The notes under the pieces were generated by a model. That model had not been told where the DNA came from. It made no database searches and was given only the letters and a program-made list of their open reading frames with translations. A DNA stretch of 64,000 nt, taken from NCBI GenBank assembly GCA_039028615.1, contig JBCCHT010000001.1, positions 480,001-544,000 on the forward strand, given 5' to 3'. Both the position numbers and the translations under genes were made by a program. Below, piece by piece: positions 28,737 through 38,789 of the stretch (positions within the stretch are counted from its first letter, which is position 1; each line of letters starts with the position of its first letter). The DNA is from Myxococcota bacterium. GTDB lineage: Bacteria; Myxococcota_A; Polyangia; Nannocystales; Nannocystaceae.

Positions 28737-30221
28737 TCAGAACACGACGCCGACCACGGCCACACACATCTCGTCGAGCGTATTGTCCCCCAGCGGCATG
28801 TCCACGAACTCGACCTCGCCGGGCCCGGCCCCCTGCTCGCTCATCAGCACCCGCATGAGCCGCTCGTTGCTCTCGCTGTTGTCGTAGCCGCACTCGATCA
28901 CGAGGATGTCGCCGTCGCGAGCCGGCGGCAGCTGCTCGAAGGGCGCGTCGTACTGGTAGCTGCGCTGCCAGTTGAAATCCCAGTCGGGCACGCCCACCAG
29001 GCACTCCGACGGCGTGGTCACGTCCTCGCCGTCACGCTCCAGCCGGACCCGGATGTCCTTGCCGGCCACGTGCTGGTGGGGCAGCACGCTCCAGATTCGC
29101 ACGTCTGCCGCCGAGGGGATCGACAGGGGGATTCGCAGGGTCTCCAGGTGATCGGACGCGCCCGCGGGCACGAGGAACTCCGGGCCGTCGGGGCCGTCGT
29201 TGGGCCCGGGCTGCAACCCCACCGAGGCCGGGCTCTGGTTCGCGTCGAAGGCCCCCAGGATGTTGATGAGGGCGGTGCGCTGGGGCCTGGTATCGGTGAC
29301 GCGCAGCTTGACCACCGTGCCGTCGTCGGTGCGCTCCTCGGTGGGGCTGGGGTGGTAGTGGGTCTGCATCACCAGACAGCTGCCCTCGGCGACCGGGATC
29401 CCGGAGCCGGGCGGCACCTCGGTGGGCAGCGACCCCGGCGTCCAGGCGGCGAAGACCGACGCCCCGGGCACGCCCGCTCCGCCGAAGCACTCGTAGCTGC
29501 CCGACTCGTCCACCATGCCTTCGCTCTGACAGTCCTCGTCGTAGAAGAACACGGCGTGGTGCACCACGGCCGGGTCGTTGGGCTCGACGGAGAGTCCCTC
29601 GAGCCATTGGTCGCCCTGCAGACCCAAGGACAGCGGATAGCAGCGGAACTCGTCGTCCACTCCCGGGGCGAGGGTCCACGTGCCCGCGCTCAGCTCGAGG
29701 TTGGCGTCGGCCAGATCGCCGTCGGGGATCGGCGGCAACGGAGCGGCCGCGTCGGGATCGCCGAACGGAGCCCCCGCGTCGGCCCACTGTTGGAGCATCT
29801 CGATCTCGTCGTCGGTCAGGCTGGGGTCGTCGAGCCAAGGCAGCTGCGGCGTACAGCTGTCGGTGGCCTGGGCTCCCCACGGCGGCATGGTGCGCGCATG
29901 GGCGGCCCCCGCCATCACCCCGGCGAAGGTCCGGGCCTGCTCGTAGTCGGTGAGCATCAGCCCGCCCAGCGGGTCGGCGCCGTCGTGACAGCCCCCGCAC
30001 CGCGCCTGCACCAGCGGAGCGATGTCGGCATTCCACGTGGGCCCCTCGACTCCGGCCGGGTCCTCCTCGCCGGTCGAGTCTTCGCCTTCGGTGCCGCCCT
30101 CTTCCGAGTCCATACCCGACCCGGTGTCTGCGCCCGCGCCTCCGTCCAGAGCCGAGTCCGGCGAAGCACAGGCTCCCACCATGAGGAGGGCGAACACCAA
30201 GGGCACCGATCCGCGAATCAT
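28737..30221 (-). CDS. Lipoprotein with heme-c motif and copper type II (PHM/DBH-like) monooxygenase domains
   Basis: Lipobox MVGAC; CGGCH...MPPW; VVHH, QTHY, PHQH and DEMC Cu-ligand motifs; WDFNWQRSY. Confidence 0.85.
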   Translation of the reverse strand: MIRGSVPLVFALLMVGACASPDSALDGGAGADTGSGMDSEEGGTEGEDSTGEEDPAGVEGPTWNADIAPLVQARCGGCHDGADPLGGLMLTDYEQARTFAGVMAGAAHARTMPPWGAQATDSCTPQLPWLDDPSLTDDEIEMLQQWADAGAPFGDPDAAAPLPPIPDGDLADANLELSAGTWTLAPGVDDEFRCYPLSLGLQGDQWLEGLSVEPNDPAVVHHAVFFYDEDCQSEGMVDESGSYECFGGAGVPGASVFAAWTPGSLPTEVPPGSGIPVAEGSCLVMQTHYHPSPTEERTDDGTVVKLRVTDTRPQRTALINILGAFDANQSPASVGLQPGPNDGPDGPEFLVPAGASDHLETLRIPLSIPSAADVRIWSVLPHQHVAGKDIRVRLERDGEDVTTPSECLVGVPDWDFNWQRSYQYDAPFEQLPPARDGDILVIECGYDNSESNERLMRVLMSEQGAGPGEVEFVDMPLGDNTLDEMCVAVVGVVF

Positions 30222-30338
30222 GGCCCGACGCAATACAAACGCCGTGCCAGAGGCCATTGCACGGCAAGGGTCGACTTGGACGTACCGAGCTGTGGGGTCC
30301 ACCCTACAACTGCCGGGTCGAGCCTACAGCCTGCGGAC

Positions 30339-31082
30339 TCAACCGTGGGACGACGCCAACAGCACCATCCACGCCACCAGCGAGACCAGCGCGCCCAGCC
30401 CCGTCCGAAAGGCCGCCCGGGGGCGTAGTCGTCCTTTGGCATCGAGACCGCGCACCACGAACAGCGCGACGCACAGCACCCAGATCGCAAACGCGAGCGC
30501 CGCCAGGTTGCCCCGCGTCGGGTCGGGTCCCGGCGGTCGTGCCAGCTGCTCGGCGTGGAACTGCTCGGCTCGCCCCGCTTCCGAGGTATCGAGCCCCAGC
30601 TCGCGCTCCTGCTCGGCCATCAGCGCCGCGATGTGAAGGTTGGCCTGCTCCCAGCGATCGCGATGCGGAATCCCCCAGGCCCTCGTCGCGAGCAGACCCC
30701 GTCGCACTTCCCGGTAGGCGGCCAGCGCCCCGTGCCGCCCCTCCGCCCCGCGTTCGCGCTCCTGCTCGGCCAGGGCCCAGAGTCGATCGAGGGCTTCCTC
30801 GTCGTGCGAAGACCCCGGTGCACGCCAGCGCAGGGCACGACCGAGGTGCTCGATCTCCGCATCGAGATCCCCCGCCTGGTGAGCCACGTCCGCGTCTCCC
30901 AGCGCCGACTGGCCATCCCACACCACGCGCACCCACAGGGGCAGCACCACCGCCATCCCCACGATGAGCACCAGGCTCAGCGCACGCCGCCAACCAGCAA
31001 TGGGCTCGGGCGCGGACTCGGGCTCGGGCTCGGGCTCCGTCGCGGACGCTTCGGGCTCGGGCTCGGCGTCGTCCGGGCTCAC
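30339..31082 (-). CDS. Membrane protein with TPR-like helical domain
   Basis: GTG at 31082 overlaps the permease stop (GTGA); three TM segments. Confidence 0.6.
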   Translation of the reverse strand: MSPDDAEPEPEASATEPEPEPESAPEPIAGWRRALSLVLIVGMAVVLPLWVRVVWDGQSALGDADVAHQAGDLDAEIEHLGRALRWRAPGSSHDEEALDRLWALAEQERERGAEGRHGALAAYREVRRGLLATRAWGIPHRDRWEQANLHIAALMAEQERELGLDTSEAGRAEQFHAEQLARPPGPDPTRGNLAALAFAIWVLCVALFVVRGLDAKGRLRPRAAFRTGLGALVSLVAWMVLLASSHG

Positions 31083-31900
31083 ACCAAGTCCCGCCGCGCG
31101 AAGAGCAGCATGGCGACGCCCAGGCAGACCGAGGCGTAGAGCAGACCGTAGAGGCTGGCCTCCGCCACGTAGCCCCACCCGATGAAGGTCTCGTGCACGC
31201 TCACCACTTCGCCCCCGACCTGCCCGCCCGAGATGAAGAACGCGTGAAAGTCGGGGATCACGGCGGAGACGAACTCGAGAATGGCGCCCAGCCCCGTGCC
31301 TTCGAGCTTCTTGCCGGTCGCGAAGGTCGCCAGCTCGGCCTGGTTGCGGCCGATGATCCACAGCGCCGCGGTGAACATGGCGGAGAGGTAGGGTGACGAG
31401 AACGACGAGAACAACATCGCCACCGCGGTCAGCAGCATGAGTTCGACGACCACGAGCACCTCGGCCCGCACCATGGCGACCCCGTGCACCCCCCCGGACA
31501 GCCCCACGAACAGCGCGAGGATCACCGCCATCGAGCCCACCAGGATCACCAGGGTGAAGACCTGGCCGAAGTACTTGCCGAGCAGGAACTCCCAGCGCTG
31601 GAGCGGCTTGGGCACGACGAAGTAGACCGTCTTGCGATCGAGTTCCTTGGACAGCAGGTTCACGCCCAAAAACAGCGCGATCACGACGCTGACGAGGCTG
31701 ATCCCGGCCAGGCCGAGGTCCTTCATCACCCGGACTTCTTCGTGCAGGGAAAGCTCGCCCAGCACCAGGCTGAACGCCATGAGCCCCACGGCGAACAGGG
31801 CGAGCACGTACAGCACGCGGTTGCGAACCGCCTCGCGGAAGGTGTTCAGCGCGATGGCCCAGATCCGCGGGGCGGCCCCGCCTCGGCTCGGTGCGCTCAT
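31079..31900 (-). CDS. ABC transporter permease (ABC-2 type, PilI-like)
   Basis: IALNTFREAVRNR, KELDRKT...KP..RWEFLLGKY; six TMs. Confidence 0.85.
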   Translation of the reverse strand: MSAPSRGGAAPRIWAIALNTFREAVRNRVLYVLALFAVGLMAFSLVLGELSLHEEVRVMKDLGLAGISLVSVVIALFLGVNLLSKELDRKTVYFVVPKPLQRWEFLLGKYFGQVFTLVILVGSMAVILALFVGLSGGVHGVAMVRAEVLVVVELMLLTAVAMLFSSFSSPYLSAMFTAALWIIGRNQAELATFATGKKLEGTGLGAILEFVSAVIPDFHAFFISGGQVGGEVVSVHETFIGWGYVAEASLYGLLYASVCLGVAMLLFARRDLV

Positions 31901-32865
31901 GCGGAGGCCTCCTGCTCCTTCGGGGCCTCGTCGTCGGCCGGCTCTTCGTCGCGGGCGGCCTCGCTGACGAACAGCGACTCCAGGCTCTCGCGGTGCGGTT
32001 GAAGCTGAAGCAGGCGCCCCTTGGCCGCCATGAGTTCACGAACGAAGGCGTCTGCTCGATCGAGGTCGTCGACGGTGAGCAAGCGCCCGGCCGCGGCTTC
32101 GCGGTGCTGGCCCTCGAAGCGCAGCAGGCCTTCGACCGTGTCGGACGGCGCCTGCCACACGAGGTCGACGCTGCGCAGCCGGGGGTCGAGCAGCTCGTCG
32201 AGCGAGCCCACGCCACGAAGCTTGCCCTTGACCAGGATGGCGACCCGGTCGCACAGCGCGGTGGCGTCCGCGAGGATGTGGGTGCAAAAGAACACCGTCG
32301 TCCCGCGGTCGCGCAGCTCGAACACCAGATCGCGGACCTCCTTGCGCCCGACCGGATCGAGCCCGCTCATCGGCTCGTCGAGTACGACCAGCTCGGGCTC
32401 GCCCATCAGCGCCTGCGCCAGGCCGACCCGCTGCATCATGCCCTTGGAGAACGACCGCAGCGGCCGATTGCCCGCGTGCCCCAGGCCCACCCGCTCGATG
32501 AGCTCGACGCTCCGCTTCCGGCGCGGGGCCTTGGCCTGCCCGTGCAGACGCCCGACCATGTCGAGTAATTCGGGGACCGAGAGGTAGTCGTAAAAGTAGG
32601 GGTTCTCCGGGAGATAGCCCACGCGGGCCTTGGCGGCGCGGTCGCCCGCGGGCGCGCCCAGAAGATGCGCCGTGCCCGACGTGGGAAAGATGAGCCCCAT
32701 CAAGATCTTGATGGTGGTGGTCTTTCCCGCGCCATTGGGCCCCAGGAAGCCGAAGATCTCGCCGGGCTCCACCTCCAGGCTGATGCCTCGCAGGGCCTCG
32801 GTGCGACGACGCAGCAAGCCTCGGGTGAAGGTCTTGCGGAGCTCACTGACGTGCAGGACGGCCAC
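31897..32865 (-). CDS. ABC transporter ATP-binding protein (PilH-like)
   Basis: GPNGAGKTT, FSKGMMQR, LDEPMSGLDP, CTH; GTG at 32865 chosen. Confidence 0.92.
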   Translation of the reverse strand: MAVLHVSELRKTFTRGLLRRRTEALRGISLEVEPGEIFGFLGPNGAGKTTTIKILMGLIFPTSGTAHLLGAPAGDRAAKARVGYLPENPYFYDYLSVPELLDMVGRLHGQAKAPRRKRSVELIERVGLGHAGNRPLRSFSKGMMQRVGLAQALMGEPELVVLDEPMSGLDPVGRKEVRDLVFELRDRGTTVFFCTHILADATALCDRVAILVKGKLRGVGSLDELLDPRLRSVDLVWQAPSDTVEGLLRFEGQHREAAAGRLLTVDDLDRADAFVRELMAAKGRLLQLQPHRESLESLFVSEAARDEEPADDEAPKEQEASA

Positions 32866-32965
32866 GGTCGGGGGTTGGCGCGGCAGGCGAAGCGAGGGAG
32901 AGCACTTTGCCGCCGGGAGCGACTTTCCTCGGGTCGGCGCTAGGATACGATGAGCGCCCCCGACG

Positions 32966-33874
32966 ATGCGACCCTCGGACCTCACGCGCCGCGCGATGCT
33001 GACCGGTTTGACGGCTACGGCCCTCGTCCCGGCCGCCAGCCTGGCCAAGCCCCAGCGCCCGGCCGGCCCCACTGCCGCGCCCCCGAGCCCTCCCGGGCCG
33101 CCTCCGCCCGGTCCTGTCGTGCCCGAGCCCGCCGACATCGTCCCGGCCGCGCCCTCGGGCGCACCGTGGGACGCCCCCACCAGTCCGGGGGTCGAGACCT
33201 CCACCATCAGCATCGATCTCCCGCAGCTGCGCTACGAGGGCGAGTGGAATCCGCGGGCCGGCGCCATGCGAGTGCTCGCCCGCGAGCTGCGGCTGCGGAC
33301 GCGACTCGAGCCCGTGCTCGAGCCGGGGCAGGTCACCGCCGACGCGGCCGAGCTGTTCTCGACGCCGTTCCTGTACGTGGCCGGGCAGCGCGAGCTGCCG
33401 CCGCTGTCGCCCGCGGCCGAGCAATCGCTGGGGCGCTTCATCGACCTGGGCGGACTGATTCTGTTCGACGCCGCCGACGGTGGCACCGACCCCGGCTTCG
33501 TGCGCGACGTCAAAGCGCTGCTCGGGCGCATCGCCCCCGCCTCCGAGATTGCCCCCGTCGGTCGCGACCACGTCATCTATCGCAGCTTCTATATCGTCGA
33601 CACGCCCATGGGTCGCACGCGCACCCATGACCACGTGCTCGGCGTCCAAGACGAGGGCCGACTCAAGGCGCTGATCATGCGCAACGATCTGGGCGGAGCG
33701 CTGGCCGAGACCAACGAGGGCCTGCCCGCGTTCCCCTGCACCCCGGGCGGGCACACCCAGCGCGAGTGGGCGGTGCGCTTCGGGGTCAACATCCTGCTCT
33801 ACGCCACCTGCACCGACTACAAGGCCGACCGGGCCCACGTCGAAACCCTGCTGCGGGCGCGTCGCTGGCGATGA
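32966..33874 (+). CDS. DUF4159 domain protein with Tat-like signal
   Basis: TRRAML twin-Arg leader; PFLYVAG, GGLILFD, H.IYRSFY, NDLG, GVNILLYA. Confidence 0.8.
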   Translation: MRPSDLTRRAMLTGLTATALVPAASLAKPQRPAGPTAAPPSPPGPPPPGPVVPEPADIVPAAPSGAPWDAPTSPGVETSTISIDLPQLRYEGEWNPRAGAMRVLARELRLRTRLEPVLEPGQVTADAAELFSTPFLYVAGQRELPPLSPAAEQSLGRFIDLGGLILFDAADGGTDPGFVRDVKALLGRIAPASEIAPVGRDHVIYRSFYIVDTPMGRTRTHDHVLGVQDEGRLKALIMRNDLGGALAETNEGLPAFPCTPGGHTQREWAVRFGVNILLYATCTDYKADRAHVETLLRARRWR

Positions 33875-36246
33875 ACGAGCGTTGGAGCCTGGCGGCGGGG
33901 CACGTCCCCGATCTGTTCGTCCTGGTGCTGCTGGGCGTGGCGCTGGTATTGGCCGTCGGCGAGGGCCTGGGTGCCTTTCGTCGGCCGCGCTCGCCCGTGC
34001 CCAAGTCGGTCTCCGCCGCACTGCTCGCGCTGCGCCTGGGTGCGCTGGGAGCCCTGCTGGCGGTGGCCTTCGAGCTCACCCTGCGCATCGAGCAGGTCAG
34101 CCCGTCGGGCCGCCGCCTCGTGGTGCTGGTCGATCGCTCCGCCAGCATGGCCCTGGCCGACGCCCCCGCCTCGGGTGAGGCCGAGGCCACCCGCCAATCC
34201 CGCATGGAAGCGATCTGGGAGCGCGCCGCCGATGCCCGCGTGGGCTGGCGTGACGACGGCCTGATCGTCGAGGTCCGCGGCTTCGATCTCGCCTCGCACC
34301 CGTTCACCGGAGACCTGGCCGAGACCCTCGCGGGTGAACCGGACGGCGCGGGCTCCGACCTGGCCCGGGCGCTGGGCGAGCTGTCGCAGCCCGAGCCCGA
34401 CCGCGCGCCGCTGGCCGGGGTGGTCGTGCTCTCCGACGGTCTCGTCGCCACCGACGACGCTTCCGATGCCCACGTGCAGACGGTCGGCGCGGGGCTGGGC
34501 GTCCCCATCACCACCGTATCCGTGGGCGCGCCGCATATCCGCGACCTGAGCGTGGCCGAGGTCAAGGCCGGAGAGTTCGCGTTCGTAGAGAACGTGGCCG
34601 AGTTCGAGGCCACCATCGTCGCCCACGGCCTGGCCGGCACAGCCGGGGTGGTCGAGCTGCGCCGCAACGGCCAGACGGTCGCCACTCGCCGCATTCGCGT
34701 GGGCGCCGACGGAGTCCCGAGCACGGTGCGCTTCGAGGTCGCGCCGGACCGCGTCGGCCAGTTCGTCTACGAGATCGTCGTCCCCCCCGTCGCGGGCGAG
34801 GCCACCGAGGCCAACAACACCCGCGCCTTCGTGGTGAAGGTGCTGCGCGACAAGGTCCGCGTGCTGCACGTCGCCGGTCGCCCCGACTGGGACGTCCGGG
34901 CGCTCCGCACCCTGCTGCGCCGCGACCCCAACGTGGAGCTGCTCAGCTACTACATCTTGCGGGGCCTCGACGACATCTCTCGCGAGGACACCACCGCCCC
35001 GCTGAGCCTCATCCCCTTCCCCACCGACGAGCTGTTCGAGGAGCAGCTGGGCTCCTTCGACCTGGTCATCCTGCACAACTTCGACTCGGTCAAGCACCAC
35101 GTCGAGCAGTACCTCGACAACATCGCGCAGTACGTCGAAGAGGGCGGCGCGCTGGTGCTCATCGGGGGTGACCTGGCGTTTTACGACCTCGGCTACGGCC
35201 TGCCCCAGCTCGCCTCGCTGCTGCCCATCGACAGCCGCACCAAGGCCCCGCTCGAGCGCGACCCGTACCGACCGTCGCTGACCGATGCGGGACGCCGCCA
35301 CCCCATCACCGCGTGGCTGGCCGCGGCCGACGAGGGCTGGGCGCAGCTGCCCGCGCTCGAGAACTACAACCCGCTGTCGCCCAACCCGCGGGGCGAGACG
35401 ATCAGCGCGACCTCGTTGCTGACCCACCCCGAAGACATGGACGCCCGCGGTCGCCCGCGACCGATCTTGGCCGTCGCCGAGCCGGGACAAGGGCGCACCA
35501 TGGTGCTGGCCACCGGGTCCACCTGGAAACTCGGCTTTGCTCCCGACCTGCCGCTCATCGACGGCGCCCGCCCCTACGACCTGCTATGGCTCGGGGCCGT
35601 GCGCTGGCTGCTGCGCGACGACACCTCGGGGCGCCTGACCCTCGAGACCGACAAGCCGCGCTATCGCGTGGGCGAGCCCGTCGCGCTGCAGGCCAAGACC
35701 TGGTCGGCCAGCTATGCCCCGGAGGCCGACGTCAATGTCGACTGGTCGCTCCGTCCCCTCGCTCCGCCCAAGGATGGCGAGCCGCCGGCCGCCGTCGCCG
35801 AGGGCAAGTGGAAGACCGATGGCCTGGGCCGCGCGGGCGAGACCCTCGAAGACCTCGCCGTCGGGGCCTACGTCGGCACCGCCAAGCGCGAGCTGGGCAG
35901 CGAGCAGACCCAAGCCGAAGACCAGGACGGGCTCGGTCAGCACGAAGTACAGCGGGTGTTCATCGTCGAGCCCCCCGGGCGCGAGCTCGCCCAGGTCGAC
36001 GCGGATCCCGGCATCGCTCGACTCGATCGCCTCGCCAAGGCCACGGGCGGCGAGTCCCTGTCGGCGCTCGGCGACGACGAGCTGCCGCGGCGGATTCCCC
36101 TCGCCGAGCCCACCGTGCACCGCGATGGTCTCCGGGTCGATGCCCGTCGCGACATGCCCCTGTGGAACGGCTGGTTCGCGCTGCTGTTGCTGGTCGCCAC
36201 CTTCGGCGGCGAGTGGCTGCTGCGTCGGCGCCAAGGCGAAGTCTAA
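33871..36246 (+). CDS. Membrane protein with vWA, Ig-like and glutamine amidotransferase-like domains
   Basis: [33 protein letters not shown]-terminal EWLLRRR; ATGA overlap. Confidence 0.8.
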   Translation: MNERWSLAAGHVPDLFVLVLLGVALVLAVGEGLGAFRRPRSPVPKSVSAALLALRLGALGALLAVAFELTLRIEQVSPSGRRLVVLVDRSASMALADAPASGEAEATRQSRMEAIWERAADARVGWRDDGLIVEVRGFDLASHPFTGDLAETLAGEPDGAGSDLARALGELSQPEPDRAPLAGVVVLSDGLVATDDASDAHVQTVGAGLGVPITTVSVGAPHIRDLSVAEVKAGEFAFVENVAEFEATIVAHGLAGTAGVVELRRNGQTVATRRIRVGADGVPSTVRFEVAPDRVGQFVYEIVVPPVAGEATEANNTRAFVVKVLRDKVRVLHVAGRPDWDVRALRTLLRRDPNVELLSYYILRGLDDISREDTTAPLSLIPFPTDELFEEQLGSFDLVILHNFDSVKHHVEQYLDNIAQYVEEGGALVLIGGDLAFYDLGYGLPQLASLLPIDSRTKAPLERDPYRPSLTDAGRRHPITAWLAAADEGWAQLPALENYNPLSPNPRGETISATSLLTHPEDMDARGRPRPILAVAEPGQGRTMVLATGSTWKLGFAPDLPLIDGARPYDLLWLGAVRWLLRDDTSGRLTLETDKPRYRVGEPVALQAKTWSASYAPEADVNVDWSLRPLAPPKDGEPPAAVAEGKWKTDGLGRAGETLEDLAVGAYVGTAKRELGSEQTQAEDQDGLGQHEVQRVFIVEPPGRELAQVDADPGIARLDRLAKATGGESLSALGDDELPRRIPLAEPTVHRDGLRVDARRDMPLWNGWFALLLLVATFGGEWLLRRRQGEV

Positions 36247-36425
36247 GCCGGCCCGTGCCGTGGTCGGTCAGCGCCGCGTGTACGCCTGTCGCGACGACCA
36301 GTGACCGAGCGGTATGGGGCACGGCGTCGTGTTCGTCGGTTCGCCGCGATGCCTCGCAAACGGCTCAGGAACGACCGCAGGGGCGGTTGTCTTGCCGCCA
36401 CGCCGACCCGCCGCACACTGAGAGC

Positions 36426-36869
36426 ATGACGATTCCTCCCATGCGACGCGACGCTCGAGTCGAGGTCTTCTTCGACGGCGAATGCCCGTTGTGCATGCGG
36501 GAGATCAACCTGCTGCGGCGCCTCGACCGACGCCGCAACCTCATCGCGTTCACCGACATCGCGGCGCCCGACTTCGCGCCCGAGCGCTACGACACCACCA
36601 TGGATGCGCTGATGGGGTCGATCCACGGCCGCGATGCCCAGGGCGAGTGGATCACGGGGGTCGAGGTCTTTCGCCAGCTCTACGCGGCGGTCGGCCTGGG
36701 CTGGCTGGTGAGCCTCACGCGGGTGCCCGGCATTCGTCAGCTCCTGGACGCGGGCTACCGGGTCTTCGCGCGCAACCGGCTGCGCCTGACCGGGCGCAAC
36801 ACGCCGGCCTGCGACGGCGACCGATGCTCGGTCCCCGCCGCCGCGTCCGCGGACTCCGTCGCCCGCTGA
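36426..36869 (+). CDS. DCC1/DUF393 thiol-disulfide oxidoreductase family
   Basis: [12 protein letters not shown] (DxxCxxC), YRVFARNR. Confidence 0.88.
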   Translation: MTIPPMRRDARVEVFFDGECPLCMREINLLRRLDRRRNLIAFTDIAAPDFAPERYDTTMDALMGSIHGRDAQGEWITGVEVFRQLYAAVGLGWLVSLTRVPGIRQLLDAGYRVFARNRLRLTGRNTPACDGDRCSVPAAASADSVAR

Positions 36870-36885
36870 CGACGAGCTCGCTCGC

Positions 36886-37410
36886 CTACTTCTGGGCATC
36901 GAGGAACTCGCCGATGGCGACGTTCGTGCGCTCGAGGTTGGGCTTGATGAGCGACACGATGAACTTCTCGACCTGCGGACCGATGGTGCGGGCGAGGAAG
37001 CGAGGGATGCCCTTGACCTTCGAGACGTCGACGCTGAGCTCGCCGTCGAGCACGATGCGGGTCGACTCGCCCTCGGCCACCAGGCGGGTCTGGCCCGAGC
37101 ACGAGAACGCCTCGGTGAAGGCCCGGGTCACGATCTTCCACTCGCAGCGTTGATCGGCGGTGAACCACTTGGCGTGGTCGTCCCAGAACAGGTGCTCGGG
37201 CTTGACGAACTTCTTGGCGACGGAGGGAATCTCCTTGTCGCTGGCCCACACGTTGTGAAGCGTGACCACACCGTCCTGCTCGTCGCGCGCCTGCACGACG
37301 ATCTCGCGGATGTCGTCGAGGTACGCGGCGACCTCGGGCAGGCGATCGCGATAGGCCTCGAAGACGCTGGCAACGGGATGGGCGATGACGGATTCGCTTT
37401 GGATACGCAC
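36886..37410 (-). CDS. START/SRPBCC-like protein (DUF2505-like)
   Basis: VIAHP...VF..YRD...W pattern, C-terminal helix; GTG at 37410 or ATG at 37425. Confidence 0.6.
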   Translation of the reverse strand: MRIQSESVIAHPVASVFEAYRDRLPEVAAYLDDIREIVVQARDEQDGVVTLHNVWASDKEIPSVAKKFVKPEHLFWDDHAKWFTADQRCEWKIVTRAFTEAFSCSGQTRLVAEGESTRIVLDGELSVDVSKVKGIPRFLARTIGPQVEKFIVSLIKPNLERTNVAIGEFLDAQK

Positions 37411-37472
37411 CGTGGGCGGGACCATGGCAGGGGTTGCGCCGCGAAGGCAAGCCCGCGCCCGGAGCACCCCCG

Positions 37473-38123
37473 CTACTGCTGCGCCATCGCAGCGCGCAGA
37501 CGCGGCGGAATCTCGTCCACCGTGCAGGAGACGCGGAACTTGCCCTCCAGCACCTCGAGCTGCGGCGCGCACGGCAGCACGTCCGTGGGCGGCAGCGGGA
37601 ACACCAGCGGCTCGACCCCGGGGATCGGCGCCGCCAAGACCACCGTGCGCCCCTTGACCGTGGCCGTGGCCTGGACCTCGACGCCCTCGACCTTGGCCTT
37701 GATCGCGCCCGGCGTGCAGTGGACCTCCTGCCCCACCACCTTGCTGACCTGCTCGTCGGCGATGAAGCCCTGGACTCGCGCCGCGCCGATGTCGGTAACC
37801 ACCAGGCGCTGCTCGTCGATCAGCGCGTCGGTGTCGATGGAAATCGTCTCGACGTCGAGGCTCAAGTCCTGGGCCTCGAGCCCCTGCTCGCGCACGCGAT
37901 CGATCTTCACGTGCAGCGCTTCGACCTGGCCCGTCGCCAGCACACCGAGCACGAAGGGGAAGCCATCGAAGGTCACGTGCACGCCTTCGGCCTGGGTCAG
38001 CGTGCTGGTGATCCGATCCTCGGCGTGCTCTTCGGCGAGCCCGCGCACTTTCATGTCGGCAAAGAGCACGCCACCGATGACGAGAACCAGGAGGATGAGC
38101 AGGACCAGGAGCAGCTTCTTCAT
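37473..38123 (-). CDS. DUF2993/LmeA-like membrane-anchored protein
   Basis: MKKLLLVLLIL anchor; AD...AE..I, V.FDGFPFV..V..G; GAGGA RBS. Confidence 0.7.
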   Translation of the reverse strand: MKKLLLVLLILLVLVIGGVLFADMKVRGLAEEHAEDRITSTLTQAEGVHVTFDGFPFVLGVLATGQVEALHVKIDRVREQGLEAQDLSLDVETISIDTDALIDEQRLVVTDIGAARVQGFIADEQVSKVVGQEVHCTPGAIKAKVEGVEVQATATVKGRTVVLAAPIPGVEPLVFPLPPTDVLPCAPQLEVLEGKFRVSCTVDEIPPRLRAAMAQQ

Positions 38124-38421
38124 CGGGGACTTCCTCGGTCGTCGAGGCCGTCCGCATTATGCTCAACCATCGGGGATCGGCGAATTGAACGTCGACATCG
38201 AGGGGCGAAATAGCGCATTCCCACGAACCCGGTGGTGCCAGTAAACACCCCCCTACGGCCTCCTACGGGCATTTTCGTTCTTTTTCGTCACAGTCGAATA
38301 CATTCCCCGACAGTGGGGCACTTAAGGCCGCGAATCGCACGCCGTGGCCCCCCGACTGCAATCGCGAACCCGAGCCCGAGCCCTCACGCGTCGCGCCGGA
38401 CGATCTCCGAGCCGTCCAACG

Positions 38422-38697
38422 ATGAGCGCGGCGACGTACCGTTGTTGCCAGGGGATCATCGTCGGCTTCTATCTCGTCAACGTGATCGCGCCGTGGCTCC
38501 CCATGCCCGCCGCCACCGTGCCGCTATTTCCCTGGAGCGGGCTGCTCGTGTTCGTCATCCATGCGGTGCAGCTGGGCATGTACACCAAGCTTCGCCGCAG
38601 CTACGGCGCCACCGTGCCCCCAGCCGAGGTCGGCGGCATCCTGCTGTACGGCATGCTGCACGTCCGCGCCCAGGTCCACCGCCCTCCCCTGCCCTGA
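38422..38697 (+). CDS. Small membrane protein (DUF1145-like)
   Basis: 91 aa, hydrophobic, IHAVQ...ILLYGMLH. Confidence 0.5.
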   Translation: MSAATYRCCQGIIVGFYLVNVIAPWLPMPAATVPLFPWSGLLVFVIHAVQLGMYTKLRRSYGATVPPAEVGGILLYGMLHVRAQVHRPPLP

Positions 38698-38789
38698 GCA
38701 CCCACCAAAAACAACGAAGACCGACGTCGCCCGGGCGAGGAAACCCGAGGCGACGCCGCCCTTCGACGGGGACGATTTTTAGCAACCGA

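Noticed and set aside
38124..38421. AT-richer intergenic region as a possible ncRNA or tRNA
   Set aside because: No cloverleaf or recognisable RNA motif; only a short CCTACGG direct repeat, consistent with divergent promoters.
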